Below, one piece after another: positions 14,345-27,587 of a DNA stretch of 64,000 nucleotides. The DNA is from Octopus sinensis (Eukaryota), in assembly GCF_006345805.1 (NCBI RefSeq), contig NC_043001.1, positions 1,116,001 through 1,180,000 of the forward strand, in the 5' to 3' direction. Made by a program: the position numbers and the translations under genes. Every line of letters starts with the position of its first letter. Positions within the stretch are counted from its first letter, which is position 1. The notes under the pieces are model-generated. The model saw only the letters and a program-made list of their open reading frames with translations. It did no database searches and was not told where the DNA came from.

Positions 14345-14940
14345 TTGTTATTGCTGTTAGTAACAAAGGGCCTCTCCCTCAGAGTGAAAGGCAAATTGCA
14401 TGATGCCTGTGTACAGACAGCTATGCTGCATGGCAGTGATACATGAGCTGTGACTACTGAGGAAATATGAAGGCTTGAAAGAAATGAAACCAGTATGGCC
14501 TGCCAGATGGGTAATGTCAGCATGCATAGATGACAGAGTAAAAAGGATTTGAGAGAAAAACTGGGTATATGAGCGAACAGATGAGGTGTGCAGGAGAGAA
14601 GACTGCACTGGTATGGCCATGTAATGCATATGAAGGAAGGCAGTTGCATCAAGAGGTGCTGATCTCTAATTGTTGAGAGAATATGTGGAAGAGGCAGACC
14701 CAGGGTGATGTGGGACGAAATGGTAAGAAAGGATCTACAGACTTTGGGACTCACAGAAGGAATGTCAGAAGACCAAAACTCCTGGCAGTTTCCTGTGCTT
14801 AAAAACACACTTCACACTGAGTAAAAATGTGGTTGTCCTTGCATATGCGCTTGCCCCTACATCTCCTTTTGGCTGAACATTCCTAATCTTGCAGGCTCGT
14901 AAGTGCTGGTGCCATGTAAAAAGCATCCATAATGATAACA
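14345..14940 (+). mobile_element. RTE-clade LINE 3' fragment
   Basis: Decayed LSLRVKGKLHDACVQTAMLHGSDT* ... LHWYGHVMHM ... GRGRPRVMWDEMVRKDL, followed by 3'UTR. Confidence 0.8.
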
Positions 14941-17474
14941 GAAGGGTTGACAATACGAATTCTCAACAGTTTTGATGCCATAAAGATCTAAGCATGAATA
15001 GAATTCAAAATAGCAACAGTTGACTTTCCAGGTGCCATAGTGTTAAGTGATGCCATGACATTCTCATTACCCCTGCTACCATTTATCCAAAAGAGGATGT
15101 TAACTGAACTAGTGAAGGCGTCTGTATGCAATTGTTTGATCTGCCAGAAAAAACAACTTAATCCTATCTGAGTCATCAAGTGAACCACGATACATTTGCT
15201 AGACATAACAGCAATATTTACTGAAATCCTATTTTCCTATCTAAAAAGGAGGACGGACACATTTGACAGTTTAGATGGAGAGATTAAATAACAAGATGTG
15301 GATTTATAGAAGTTTAAGGTTTACACATGGAATAAAAATCATTTTCCTGCAAGGCCAACATGAGGTTTCGGTAAATCAGGTTGGCTCCTCCTTAATATAA
15401 AGAATGGTAAAGACTCCAAGCTGGAAGAATTGTTCGAATGCTAGGCAAAATAATTATCTGTGTTTTGTCCATTTTTATGTTCTGAATTCGAATTCCGCTG
15501 AGGTCGATTTTGCCTTTCATCCTTTCAGGGTTCATAAAATAAGAAACCAACTTAATCCCCTCCTCTCAAAATTGCTGGCCTTAAACCACAGTTTGAAACC
15601 AATATAACTTATGATTTACTGAAGATTGTAAATTTCTAGTCTATGTTGTTGTTGTTGTTGTTGCTATTTAATCCTTGCTTAGCTCTGATTAAGCACAACT
15701 GTAACATCAAATGCGTCCCACCTGTGATCATATATATTTTTCAGTTTCAATTTGACCCTGATTCAGTCAATTTATGTTTAAAGGTATTCCAGCCATGGCA
15801 ATGTTGTATTTTATATTTTCGTCTAGCATTTTAATCCCAGGCAGATTTAGGATTATGCAGATTTAGGAGCAAAAGTATTTCAACTCTGGCTATCCAATCC
15901 ACATTACACAATATCATGTTTCCCTCTGCAGTAATAATCTCTAGGACTTCATTATACCTTTCTTATTTTGAGATATTAGAATATGAATTGAAGGTGATTT
16001 GACTTCTGTTTCTAGCAAGCATACAATCCTTCACGGCATCGGTATATGTCATTCTCTAATACACTTTATCCTTGCAACTGTGTATTTTAATTTCATTGTA
16101 AGCAATGACTGCAGTTCTTACCTGGAAAGTTCCATGCAAAGTAACACAACAACAACAACAATTTAATCCCATCATATCACAACGGAATTTTAATCTAAAC
16201 CAACTCACAGCGAACACTCCTTGCCACTTCTACTGCTGCTCGACATGCCGAATGATGTTGCCTTACCTTATTACTAGTTATGAATATTAAATTATCGCTT
16301 AAATAGGAAACTGCCGAAACACTGTTTAACACAATCATAAATTATCGCAGTCGACATGTCAGTGAGTGTGTATACCTGGGTGTGTGTGCATATGTACTTA
16401 TATATGTACTTATATGTGATGCATGTGATGTACTTATATATGATGTATGTACTTATATGTATATATGAGCATGTATATGTACATATATATATGTGTCTGT
16501 ATTTATGTACTTATATGTTTGTGCATATCTGTACACACATATAAATACACACACACCAACATGATAAAAAAATTGAACCAGCATTTGAAAATGGAGGTGT
16601 GTAAAGAGAAAATTTCCTCTTTCTCACTCACTCTCTTTTTCTCTCTGGAATAAACAACAGAAACCGTATGAACATTCATATCCTAGCAAATAAAGCTGAT
16701 GTAATTTACACATTTTCTCACAGCGTTGGCAACCACATGCATGAGTGGCAGTGTTCTGTGAGTGCATCTGTGAAATAGTTCAATTTTATTAGATTCTTTT
16801 AATTCAAATCCACCAACAGAATGGTAAAAGCAGCTTGAAGAAATCAACAAGATGAAACAAACAATGAGTGGTGGATAGGGGTGGAAAGCTACTCTGCACC
16901 CTCCCTCCCTCCCTCACCAGCACTCACAGCGACCACCGCTGCCACAACAACAACATCAACAACAAAAAATTCGTAAATAAAGCAAAAGTTGTGCAGAAAG
17001 AATAGCTGGCTACTGAGTGAAATGTTTTTATGGCAATAAACAGGGATATCCACACAAGAAGCGTATCCGAGGGAGAGTCTTGAAACAAGAATTCATTGAT
17101 AAATGAATACATATTAAAGTTGAGATTTCATTGAAATTGTAGTTTGGTTAAGCAAGACGATGTGTCTGGGAAAAAACAAACTGGTAAAGAAGAAGGGAAA
17201 GGTGAGGCATTAGGATAGGTGTGGAGGTGAGAGAGAAGGGAATATGGTCAGTGAGGGGCTGGAGATATTGCTTTGAAAATTTGGCACAAGGCCAGCAATT
17301 TCAGGTGGGGGAAGGCGGTTAATTACATCAACTGACCCCCAGTGCTTATATGGTATTTATCTTACTAGCCCCAAAAGAATGACTGGCCAAGTTGACCTTG
17401 AACACAGAGTTTGAAGTTAGATGAAATATGGCAAAGAATTTGGCCTGGTGCACTAATGACAAGTGATACTGAGA

Positions 17475-17551
<77 letters not shown>

Positions 17552-17561
17552 TATATATACA

Positions 17562-18320
17562 TACAGGTATAATGGGCAAATTGTTGCCATTTTATATTTT
17601 TAATTTTGCACATGTGAAAATTGTTTGTTTTTTACTTTGTTGACTACATAGTATAGTAGGGTTAGTTGGGCACTGTCTGTGAGAAAAACAGCACCATGAC
17701 ACAATTCACTCTGCTAGAAATTTGGAAATGACATGCTGTACTGCTTGGAGTGATCACTTGTGATGGCAATATTATATATCCATTCATCTTCCCACATGGC
17801 CTCACACTCAACAAGGAGGCTTACATCAAGTGCTTGGATGAGGTTGTGTTGCCCTGGGGGAAGAGGGTGGCTGCTGGAAGACCCTGTGTATGGCAACAGG
17901 ACTCTGCACCATGTCACACAAGCAGGAGAACCCAGTCATGGCTGTCAAACAATTTCTGCAACCACATCACACCTAACATCTGGCCACCCAACTCCCCACA
18001 CTGCAAACCCCTTGATTATTATGTGTGGGGTGCAGTTGAGCAAGAGACCAACAAAACTCCTCGTAACATCAAAGATGAACTGAAGGCAAGGATTATGGCA
18101 GCATTCACCAACTTAAACAAGGAGACTGTCAAGAAGAGTTGCAGAAGATTCTAAAGTCATTTGGAGGCCATGGTTGAAGCCAGTGGCGATTTTATTGAAT
18201 AAATTTACTCTTTAGTATTTCAAGATATTTTTATGTAATTTTGGTAAATATATCTGTTTAAATGAGATGTCAGTGTTATTTCCATTTTTGCATAATTTAG
18301 ATATTCACTGCATCCTCTGT
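17562..18320 (+). mobile_element. Internally deleted DD37D (maT-type) Tc1/mariner transposon; C-terminal transposase ORF 17750-18154
   Basis: VWQQDSAPCH...WPPNSPHCKPLDYYVWG has 37 residues between the second and third catalytic Asp. The N-terminal part is missing; the left end begins TACAGG after (TA)n. Confidence 0.88.
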
Positions 18321-18769
18321 GTGTGTGTGTGTGTGTGTGTGTTGCTGTAATTTCCAGTCCATCTAAATGTTGTGAAGGCACCCAACCAATGGAATCAGTC
18401 CCAGAGATATTTAGAAACAGATTAATAAGACAGCACTAATTAAAACTGGTCGACACGTTAGACTGTAATGGTTGTATTGTTTTAAGTAACATGGAGCAAG
18501 GCTATAAAGAAGTGTGAGCTTGGCTTGATCTGTTTGGCTCAGAAGTTGTCTTTCTAATCACATGATTCTAGATTAGATCCTACTGCAAAACGCCTTAGAA
18601 AGTCTTTTAGTGTTATCAAACTGTGCAGGCTGAAAGACTAGGCATATAGTGGGTATAGTTGCAGATGCTAGAGGCGCTAGGGTATACAAATAATATTTAT
18701 TTGAGATTTTAAAATGTTCGCAGCATGTTGGAAAAGACATACTGTCTAACAGAGATGGCACTGCAAAAA

Positions 18770-19210
18770 TGACTGAAGGTCAACATTGGCAGGACAGGGG
18801 CTATGAAAATTGAAAGCAGTGATTGTAGAACAGTCATGATTGAAAATCATACATTCAATAAAGTGGAACATTTTATGTGTTAAGGAAGCATGGCATCAAC
18901 AAATGGAAGTACACAAGAAGCTCTTGAATTAAGACTTAGAACAGAAGACAAGCTTTTAACATTTTAAAGCTTATCTGGAAGGCAAAGGCTGTTACTAGAC
19001 GTATTAATTTGTGAGTTTTCATCAGCAATATGAAATCTATTCTGTTGTATGGTGCTAAGACATGGCAAAAGAACATGAAGAGCTTCAGAAAAACTCCAAA
19101 TATTCACAAAATGGTGCTTCAGGAAGAACTTAAACAATAGATACCCAGAAAATGTGAGCAACAAAGATCTCTGGGATGAAGCCAACAGAAAGTGGCGATG
19201 GAAAAAGTGT
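18770..19210 (+). mobile_element. RTE-clade LINE remnant (family distinct from the common one)
   Basis: Decayed LKVNIG..AMKI..KVEHFMC*GS..AFNILKLIWKAK..FISNMKSILLYGAKTW..NVSNKDLW, an RTE RT thumb/C-terminal pattern. Confidence 0.75.
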
Positions 19211-19890
19211 ATATGAAAAAGAACAGAGGGATGTTTTGATAAGGTAGGCTTTAGATTATAACATAGAGAGAAGAAAGGAAACAGGACACCTGAGGATTGT
19301 CTATCAGAGTTGAAGAGAAGAGGAAACGAAAGTGACAGGGCAGACACAGAATCAAGAGTAAAAGAAAACAAAAATGTACAGGACAGAATTCCTTGCAAGA
19401 CTGCTGTGAAAAGCTGATGTTCTGCCAGGAATCTAGGCAGGTGATGACGATGGTGATGATGATGATGTTAACGACAATGGTGGCAGTGATGATGATGATG
19501 AGGAGGAAGAGAAGAATAATAATGGTAGTTTGTTGTAGTGGCAATAAATCGTTACATCTCTTTCTCTACTTTCTCACACATCTCTATATGATGACTAATG
19601 TAAAACTTTGTGATTGTTACAGATCTTCGGTAATTCAAAGATTTAAAATCTCATACAAGAAATAATAAGAGTAAAAAAAATATCCTTCACAACATTTCTT
19701 GGTGGTATTCAATAATTCCACAAGTTTTGATAAAAACAAAAATTTAATGTCAAAACAACAAACCCTCAAAATAAACAGATTAACTAAACTTGCTTATATT
19801 TAGCAGAATTTCTAGAAGTGTCCTATAATTCAATAATCCCTAAGAAATTGAAAGAAATTTCTTAAATTTATGCTGTGTTTCTTGAAGTAC

Positions 19891-19932
19891 TTTAATGTAC
19901 TCCACTAAATCACCATTCTCTGCCAACTTGAT
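19891..19932 (-). CDS. Speculative 42-nt internal exon (IKLAENGDLVEYIK)
   Basis: U-rich acceptor TTTGTTTTGTGTTTTAAATTTGTTTGTGACAG and in phase with the 22878 exon, but the donor (AAA|GTACTT) is weak. Confidence 0.15.
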
Positions 19933-20423
19933 CTGTCACAAACAAATTTAAAACACAAAACAAACTGCCAAACTAAAAGATTATATTGCACAAGTGAAGC
20001 CATAACCTCATTACTTTAAACTAAAACAACTGAAGAAATATTAGATTTATAAAGCTTTATCAGAAATTCACTTCCACTAATCCTTCCAAGAAAGAGTTTA
20101 TTTTTCAGAAACTGCTTTCCGATAATTATCTTCCAAACAAAATATTTCCTTAGAATTCTTTTTTTTATATATATCTTTAATTCCAAATTTTCCAAATGTT
20201 GTATACTTGTTTTAAATTTGTTGCTATTTTTGGATTTCGGATTATATTCTACAGTGATTGAGTGAAAGATCAATTAGGAAGAAGAAGCAATCTTTGCAGA
20301 GAAATTCTATTCTGCTACAGTGTGTTTAGAAGAGGTGTTTCTGTTGCAATTTCAAAAATATGTGTGTGTATATATATTAAAATTATATACATTTTTATTT
20401 ATATATAAACATTATATATGACG

Positions 20424-20740
20424 GTAATATCCTCCGTTGGATTGACAACATCAGTGTGCATGACCAACAAAGTGCAACTGTGTTGAGAGAAAAGTTAGGC
20501 ATAAGAGGGATTAAATGTGGCATGCTGGAGGGGAGAATGTATTGGTTTGGACATGGGATGTGTATGAGTGAAGACAGCAGTATACAAAAATGCCTGTCAC
20601 TGAAAATGGATGGTGCCTGTGAAAGAAGGAAACCCAGGAAGACATGGGATGAAGTGTTGAGGACTGATCTCAGGATTTTAGGGCTCACAGAGGAAATGAC
20701 AATGGGCTGAGGTGTTTGATATGTGGTTCTAGAGAAGTCC
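20424..20740 (+). mobile_element. RTE-clade LINE 3' fragment
   Basis: ORF 20456-20710: LREKLGIRGIKC..MYWFGHGMCM..RRKPRKTWDEVLRTDLRILGLTEEMT. Confidence 0.85.
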
Positions 20741-21310
20741 TGCTCACGTCAGCAAAATTGAGTTCTAGAAATGTTGTGTTCCACCCACAAGTAACAACAA
20801 TCTTTTCATGCTCCTTACTCCAAGAAACCAAATTACATCTCCTCTTCTAAACAGCCTCTTTTCCTTCCTCACATTTCCTCTTCATAAACTAAGATTGTCT
20901 TCCAATCTCCTGCCCTGCCCTCATTGCTCTGCTCACTGTATCACTGCTTTTCTACTCACCCTGTTTTTATACCCAGGTTTTCACTATTCACTGCAGTCCC
21001 TATTTCCCTACTTGCACCGTCTTGGCAATACCTGACCACATATATTACGACCTCCGTACCTCTCTCTTCCTCACTTTACCATTACATCTATACTCTGATC
21101 CTTGTTACTTGTGAGTATACCCTGGCACTTCACAATCTCTCTCCTGCTCTCTCTTGCACTCTTGCTGTCTCCCACTCTCTCTCTCTCTCTCTCTTTTCTT
21201 TGCTCTTCCCTCTGGCTGGGTAACCATATATATCTTCTACAGCAGCATAACTGTTTCTGTCTTCTTTCTTATACCTCTCTCTCCCCTTCTCTCTCTCTTC
21301 CTTCATTATT

Positions 21311-21748
21311 GTAGACTTTAAGAGTCGTTGCAGGTAAGAACTGTCGATGACTTGTCTGCTGAAGAATTAGCATAGAAATACCAAAGGAAAGAAACTCGCT
21401 GTTGAGAGAGTTCTCGATGAAAACTTGGCAAAGGCTAAAGTTGTTGTTATTAGGAAGGAAACAAAACATTTTGGTCTTCAGGGAAATGTGACAGTGTCTA
21501 ATAAATGGCAGAGAAATATATAGTAATTCCATACAGTGTAATCCCTTTGTAAAATATGGATGCACAAAGGGACAAAGAAAGTAGCCTTTGTATGTAGTAG
21601 ATGCACAAGGATTGGTAAAAGATTCTGTTATTTATATGACATAAATCGATTACTCTAAGATCGTGATTATCAGAATATGGAAAGAATAGAAAAATTTCAG
21701 AGATTTATTACATTGGATGACAACAAAAGAATTCTCTCTCTCTCTCTC
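21311..21748 (+). mobile_element. Unclassified ~440-bp interspersed repeat, copy 1
   Basis: Reverse complement of 24664-25104 over its full length; ends in (CT)n. Confidence 0.85.
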
Positions 21749-22029
21749 ACTAGGTAACAATGTATCTTCTCTATAGCGAGACACCCATTTCTGCCTCCCT
21801 ATTTCTCTGTCATGCTCTAAAGCTTTCATCATTTGACATTGGGTCAACCACTCCAATGCCCTCTCTGTTATAGTAAGACCCCTGTTCCTGCTTCTCTAAG
21901 TCTCTGTCATACTCTAACCTTTCATCTTCTGACATAAGTTCTCCTCTCAAATGTTCCTGCCCCTCTCAAAATTCCTTGTCTTGTGGATTACTTGGTGACT
22001 CTGTCAGTGCTAGTGCCATTAATAGTACT

Positions 22030-22500
22030 GAGTCCACTCTGCAGAGTGGTTGTTATTAGGAAGGGCATCCAGCCATAAACCCTACCCAAACAGACACAGT
22101 AGCCTGGAGTACCTGGTCAGCTCCTGTCAACTGTCCTACTCATGCATGCATGGAAGATGGACGTTAAACGATGATGATGATGATCATTATCATCATCGTT
22201 TAATGTCTGCCTTCCATGCTAGCAAATGGTGGGACGGTTTCACAAGAGTTGGCCAGGCCAAAGCCTGCACCAGACTTCTGTGACTGTTTTGACAAGATTT
22301 TTACAGCTGGATGCCCTTCCTAACACCAACCACCCAGCAGAGTGGACTTAGTGCTTTTTTTGTGGCCCAAGCACAGGCAAGGTCAGTTTTACAAGGTTTT
22401 TACAGCTGGATGCCCTTCTGAACACCAACAACTTTACAATGTGGACTGGTTGCTTTTAAGTGGCACCTGCACTGACAGGGTCACCAAGTGTTTGCAAGAC
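22030..22500. mobile_element. Two RTE-type 3'-tail fragments, tail to tail across one (GAT)n/(CAT)n tract
   Basis: Plus copy ends GCATGGAAGATGGACGTTAAACGATGATG; minus copy begins CATCATCGTTTAATGTCTGCCTTCCATGC. Confidence 0.8.
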
Positions 22501-22877
22501 AAAAAATATAGATATGTGTGTTTTATGGTTGTTGACAGCAAAGGCATCCAGCTAACAAAAGAGAACATAGCATCAAAGTAAAAAAAAAAGAAAAAAAGAG
22601 TGGCATTCCATCATTTACGACGACAATTGTTCCAGTTGATCCGATCAATGGAACAGCCTGCTCGTGAAATTAACATACACGTGGCCGAGCACTCCACAGA
22701 CATGTGTACACTTAACGTTGCTCTCAGGGAGTCTCAGTGTGACATAGGATGGCACAAAATGTGCCACTAGGAATACAACTCATGACCTTACAATCACAGG
22801 CTGAATAGCCAAATAACTACTCCATGTTCTATCATTACACTACAACAAAGACGAATGGCAGTCTTGTCTGTTGTTAC

Positions 22878-23009
22878 CTGTGCATCTGTCATAGAAAGAC
22901 TGAGGCTATTGGCAAGACACGATGCTAGGGCAGACCATTCCAATCTGAGGAAGAGGAAGAGGCAAAAAAACAGAAGGAGTAGTGGTAATGGTGAAGAGGA
23001 ATTTAATCT
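22878..23009 (-). CDS. Candidate 132-nt phase 0-0 exon (alternative 67-nt form 22878-22944)
   Basis: Acceptor TTTACATTTATTTTGCAG, donor CAG|GTAACA, open frame RLNSSSPLPLLLLFFCLFLFLRLEWSALASCLANSLSLSMTDAQ. An internal acceptor with a long pyrimidine tract lies at 22945. No homologue recognised. Confidence 0.4.
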
Positions 23010-23851
23010 CTGCAAAATAAATGTAAACATTATTCTCCAAACTAGCGTTTCCTTTCGCTCTGATAACATTTTAGATTTTTCATGCAAGGGGACACACCTC
23101 ATATTTCCTTGAATGACCTTTTAAAGAGACAAGTAGCCACAAATTGATAATTAGATGGTCATGTGATATCTTGTTTGTAATCACAGAATTGGTAACCTGT
23201 TATCAGAGAGTATTTCGGTAATTTAGATGAAAACCTGCAGAAATTAGCAATGTAACAAATACAGAAAACAATTTGAATATTCTGTTTTGAAATCAACATG
23301 TTCCCATCGTGTCAAATATAAAACAACAGCAACAACAACAACAACGCCACTGCCACTGCCACCATTATTTTGATGTCCACATCTCCATACTTGCATGAAT
23401 TGGATGGAGTTTATTGAAGAAGATTTTCTACAACTGGGTGCTCTCCCTGTCACCAGCCCTCATCTGTTTTCAAGGAAGGTAATGTTTCCCCAAAAGCCAA
23501 ACATAATTCTTTCTTTGGGTTTATTGGAAATGATTCTGCTGGTTTGACAGTAACAATAATTTTACAACCTATCACACATTGTCAAAGCAAGACCGTACAT
23601 ACACACACACACGTGTGTATGTGTGTATATATAAATATACAATATAAATAATATATATATATATATGCATACATACATGTATTTTGTCTGTCTTTATGTT
23701 CTGAGTTCAAATGCTGCCAGAGTCTTTCATTCTTTCAGGGTTGATAGACTAAGTACCAGCTGAGCACTGGGGTCGATATAATTGACTTAGCCACCCACCC
23801 CTGTCCCACGAAATTTCAGATCTTGGTCCTGTAGTAGAAAAGTTTATCACC

Positions 23852-23884
<33 letters not shown>

Positions 23885-24663
23885 CTCATTTAATTCTTGG
23901 TTCCATGGGCTGGAAGGTTTGACAGGGTCTGACTACTCAGAGTACCAAGTCTGCATCCCTTTTAACATGGTTTCTTCAGCTGGATGTCCTTACAGCCAAA
24001 ATATTTTATTACATGTTTGGGGTGGTGGTTAATTATATGGCTAATTAGTTCACCTAATTATCAATTATTGACTATTATTAAACCTTCACTCTGATCTCAT
24101 TTACACTAAAATATTCAAACTAATTTATCAGCTGATAAAAGTTCATTCAAACATGGAATGTATTGTTATAATGATGGAAATATTCATAATGAGCAAAATT
24201 TATTTGAGAGAATTCTTATAGTTGTTCCAGTTGGTGTAGTTGTTATAGCTATTTCCCTCCAGGCCAACCATGACCACCCAGATCAAAGGTGTTTTAAGGA
24301 TGATCATCTGATCACTTTTCGGATGATGAAGCCAATACTTCTATCTTCTGAGATAGTGTGCAATTCTGAAGTAGCTTTGGCTACTATTTTTAAAAGATTA
24401 CCCATCCTATAGAGGCTCTCTTATTGGTGCTTTAGTAACAATAGCCATTCCCCCATCCCTGCTCCCAGTCACTTTGTTTTGACAATCCTCATCACTCTCT
24501 TACCCATCAACTTTGCTTTTCTTCTTCCTCTCTCTGTCTCCTTGTCAATCACCTGCAAACATCACCCAAGGGTACTTCTAGCAATCACTTCCTTTCCTAC
24601 AAATCATTCATTACTGATAGCTACCCTACCTCTCACCATTAAACTTCTTCTCCTTATTGAGAA

Positions 24664-25104
24664 AGAGAGAGAGAGAGAGAATTCTTTTGCTGTCATCCAA
24701 GGTAATAAATCTCTGAACTTTTTCTATTCTGTCCATATTCTGGTCACTGCAATCTTAGAGTAACCTATACTACTGCAAATTTTGTCATCTAAATAACAAA
24801 ATCTGTTACCAATCCTTGTGCATCTACTACACACGAAGGCTACTTTTTCTGTCCCTTTGTGCATCCATATTTTACATAGAATTCCTATCTATCTGTTTGC
24901 CATTTATTAGACACTGTCACATTTCCCTGAAGACAAAAGTGTCTTGTTTCCTTCCTAATAACAACAACTTTAGCCTTTGCTAAGTTTTCTCCGAGAACTG
25001 TCTCAGCGAGTTTCCTTCCTTTGGTATTTCTACACTAATTCTTCAGCAGACAAGTACGAAGTCCTCGACAGTTCTTACCTGTAACCACTCTTCATAAAGT
25101 CTAC
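24664..25104 (-). mobile_element. Unclassified ~440-bp interspersed repeat, copy 2 (inverted)
   Basis: Inverted copy of 21311-21748, roughly 80-85% identical by eye. Confidence 0.85.
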
Positions 25105-25119
25105 TGTCAAGGCCTAAAA

Positions 25120-25350
25120 CACTCTAACAAAAGAGGAGAACTAAGAAGTTGACCTTCATGGATCTCTGCCTGCACAAAAGATTCCCCACTAATATCATTG
25201 CTCACTTTCACTTTATGAAGAATATTTCATGTGCAGAGGTACTCTTACAGCTCCCAGATTCCATTCACCTGGATCGAATACTAGCAGCCATGTAGAACTC
25301 TGTCAAAGGTCTTTCACAAGTCAATAAATGCTAAGAACTTCTCATACTCA
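25120..25350 (-). mobile_element. RTE RT-domain remnant
   Basis: FIDL*KTFDRV ... KVKVSNDISGESFVQAEIHEGQLLSSPLL, a decayed form of DLEKAFDRV..GVHQGSVLSPLLF. Confidence 0.6.
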
Positions 25351-26347
25351 TATCGTAAATATGAAGTTGAATGAAATTTGAAGCCAATAAAATGAGGTTT
25401 CAATGGAAGAGAATTTCATTATTCATTTTCTTTTAAACTTTTGACCTTTTCAAAAAACTACAGTGGAACCCAGCGAAAAAATGAGGTAAAAATCATAAAC
25501 AATGAAGAAATCATGAATTTTAACAAGCATCTGGTAGGGCATGGGACTAAATTGAAAAAGTTTCGCTTGAAATAGATAAGGTTTTTAAAGGAAAGTAGGA
25601 AGGTATAGTGAAGACAATAGTTGCACACAGGTATACTAAGTTATACACAGGTGTACACCATGAATGACTCGGCAGCAGTCGTCACCAGGTGTTGTAACCT
25701 GTCACTACATGTAGGTGTAGCGTCACTGGAGTAGGAAGCGATATAAAATATGTCAGTGTGGGATTATCTCTGATGGAATCTTAGAATCTCATGCTAATAA
25801 AGTGATAATGAGAGGGAAAAAAATGTAAAAGAAGCAAAAGGAAGCAATATGATAATCATTAAAAATATACAAAGCAAATAAAAGCAATTGTCTTCACAGA
25901 CATATGTATGTGTGTGTATGTGTATGGTTGTGTGTGTATGTGTGTGTATACTGATGTTCTCACTGCAATGCATGTGTGTGTATGCATATACATATGTACA
26001 TGCGTACGTATGTATATGAATGTGTGTTGTGTACACATATTTGTAGTTTAGTGAGATATCTGCAAAATAATGAACTTGTTTTTCTCCTGATTTCTTTCTA
26101 AAATTGCTGTTTTTTTAATTTTTGCTGTTATCTGCTGTGATTCACTGTGGCAAGTGATGTGCCTTGCGATGGGGATTGTGGGAAGGAACCGTTTTATGGT
26201 TACATGCAAGACATGAGTGACAAGACATGTAGGTCTGCTGGGCGGCTGGTGATACCAACAATGTTTGTGTCTATGCATGTCTGCATGTGCTTGTGCATGT
26301 GTGTATATATATATGTATATACGTGTGTGTGTGTATATATGTGTGTG

Positions 26348-26399
<52 letters not shown>

Positions 26400-26420
26400 T
26401 ACATATATATATATACATAC

Positions 26421-26683
26421 ATCACTATCATCATCATTGTCATCGTTTAACATCCACTTTCTATGCTGGCATGGGTTGGACGGTTTAACTGAGGGCTGGC
26501 AAGCCAGAAGGCAGCACTAAGCACCAATCCAATCTGGCAAAGTTTCTACAGCTGGATGCCCTTCCTAATACCAACCACTTCAAGAGTGTAGTGGGTATTT
26601 TTTACGTGCCACCCGCACGGGAGCCAGTCAGGTAGCACTAGCTACAGCCATACTTGAATGGTGCTTTTTATGTCCCACTGGCA
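26421..26683 (-). mobile_element. RTE 3'UTR/tail fragment within a (TA)n tract
   Basis: (CAT)n CGTTTAACATCC..GGATGCCCTTCCTAATACCAACCAC..; TA-rich sequence on both sides. Confidence 0.8.
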
Positions 26684-27330
26684 TATATATAATACATATA
26701 TGTATATATATAAAATATATATGTATATACATATATATTACATTTATGTATATATATAATACATATATATAAACATATATAATACATATATGTGTGTGTA
26801 TATATATGTATATGTTTGTGTGTGTGAGTGAGAGAGAGAGCGTGTGTGTGTATCTCAGATTGAACAAAGCATTTTGAGCAAAATTAAGGATAGAGAAAAT
26901 ATATGGAAGCACAACAGACAGAAACCTGTAATTGAAGGGGTCGGCTTGTTACACTCTGCCAGACTGACTTTGCCTATGGATTATATTAAAGTTACATCTC
27001 TGTGGGATACCCAGCCATTTGCAGGCAGTTCACTTGATCAAACACATGAAATAGTCACAGTTGAGAGTGATGCACATTCGTTTACTTCCTCTAAGCATAT
27101 TCATATATACGCATATACTATATATAAATACTATATATATACATTGAGAATTAGTGAAGGATATCTTCAAACATTTACCAGATTGCTCACAGTTAGTTAT
27201 TCAAAAAAGCTTATTCAATGGTTAGTATATAAATCCAGTAATAATTCTTATATAACCAGAATTTAGATATATTTATTTGTATAAAGGAATTAAAGGAATG
27301 CTAATCTTTATTATTATTATTATTATTATT

Positions 27331-27540
27331 GGCAGCAAGCTGGCAGAATTGTTAGCATGCCTGGCAAAATGCTTAGCAGCATTTTGTGCGTCTTAACGTT
27401 CTTAGTTCAAATTCCGCCTAAGTCGAATTTGCCTTTCAGCCTTTCAGGGTCGATAAATTAAGTACCGGTTGCATACTGGGGTTAATGTAACCAACTAGTC
27501 CCCCTCTCCCAAAATTTCAGGCCTTTTGCCTTTGGCAGTA
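27331..27540 (+). mobile_element. SINE family E
   Basis: GGCAGCAAGCTGGCAGAATTGTTAGC..AGTTCAAATTCC..GCCTTTCAGCCTTTCAGGGTCGATAAATTAAGTACC. Confidence 0.85.
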
Positions 27541-27587
27541 AGAATTAATATTAGGATTTTATAAATATATATATATATATATATATA

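Noticed and set aside
21355-21385. CTGAAGA..GAAA in the 440-bp repeat
   Set aside because: No helix II pairing and no cleavage triplet with a helix I.
25280-25310. Apparent 31-nt minus-strand exon with a CAG|GTGAAT donor
   Set aside because: Lies within an RTE RT remnant (DL*KTFDRV).
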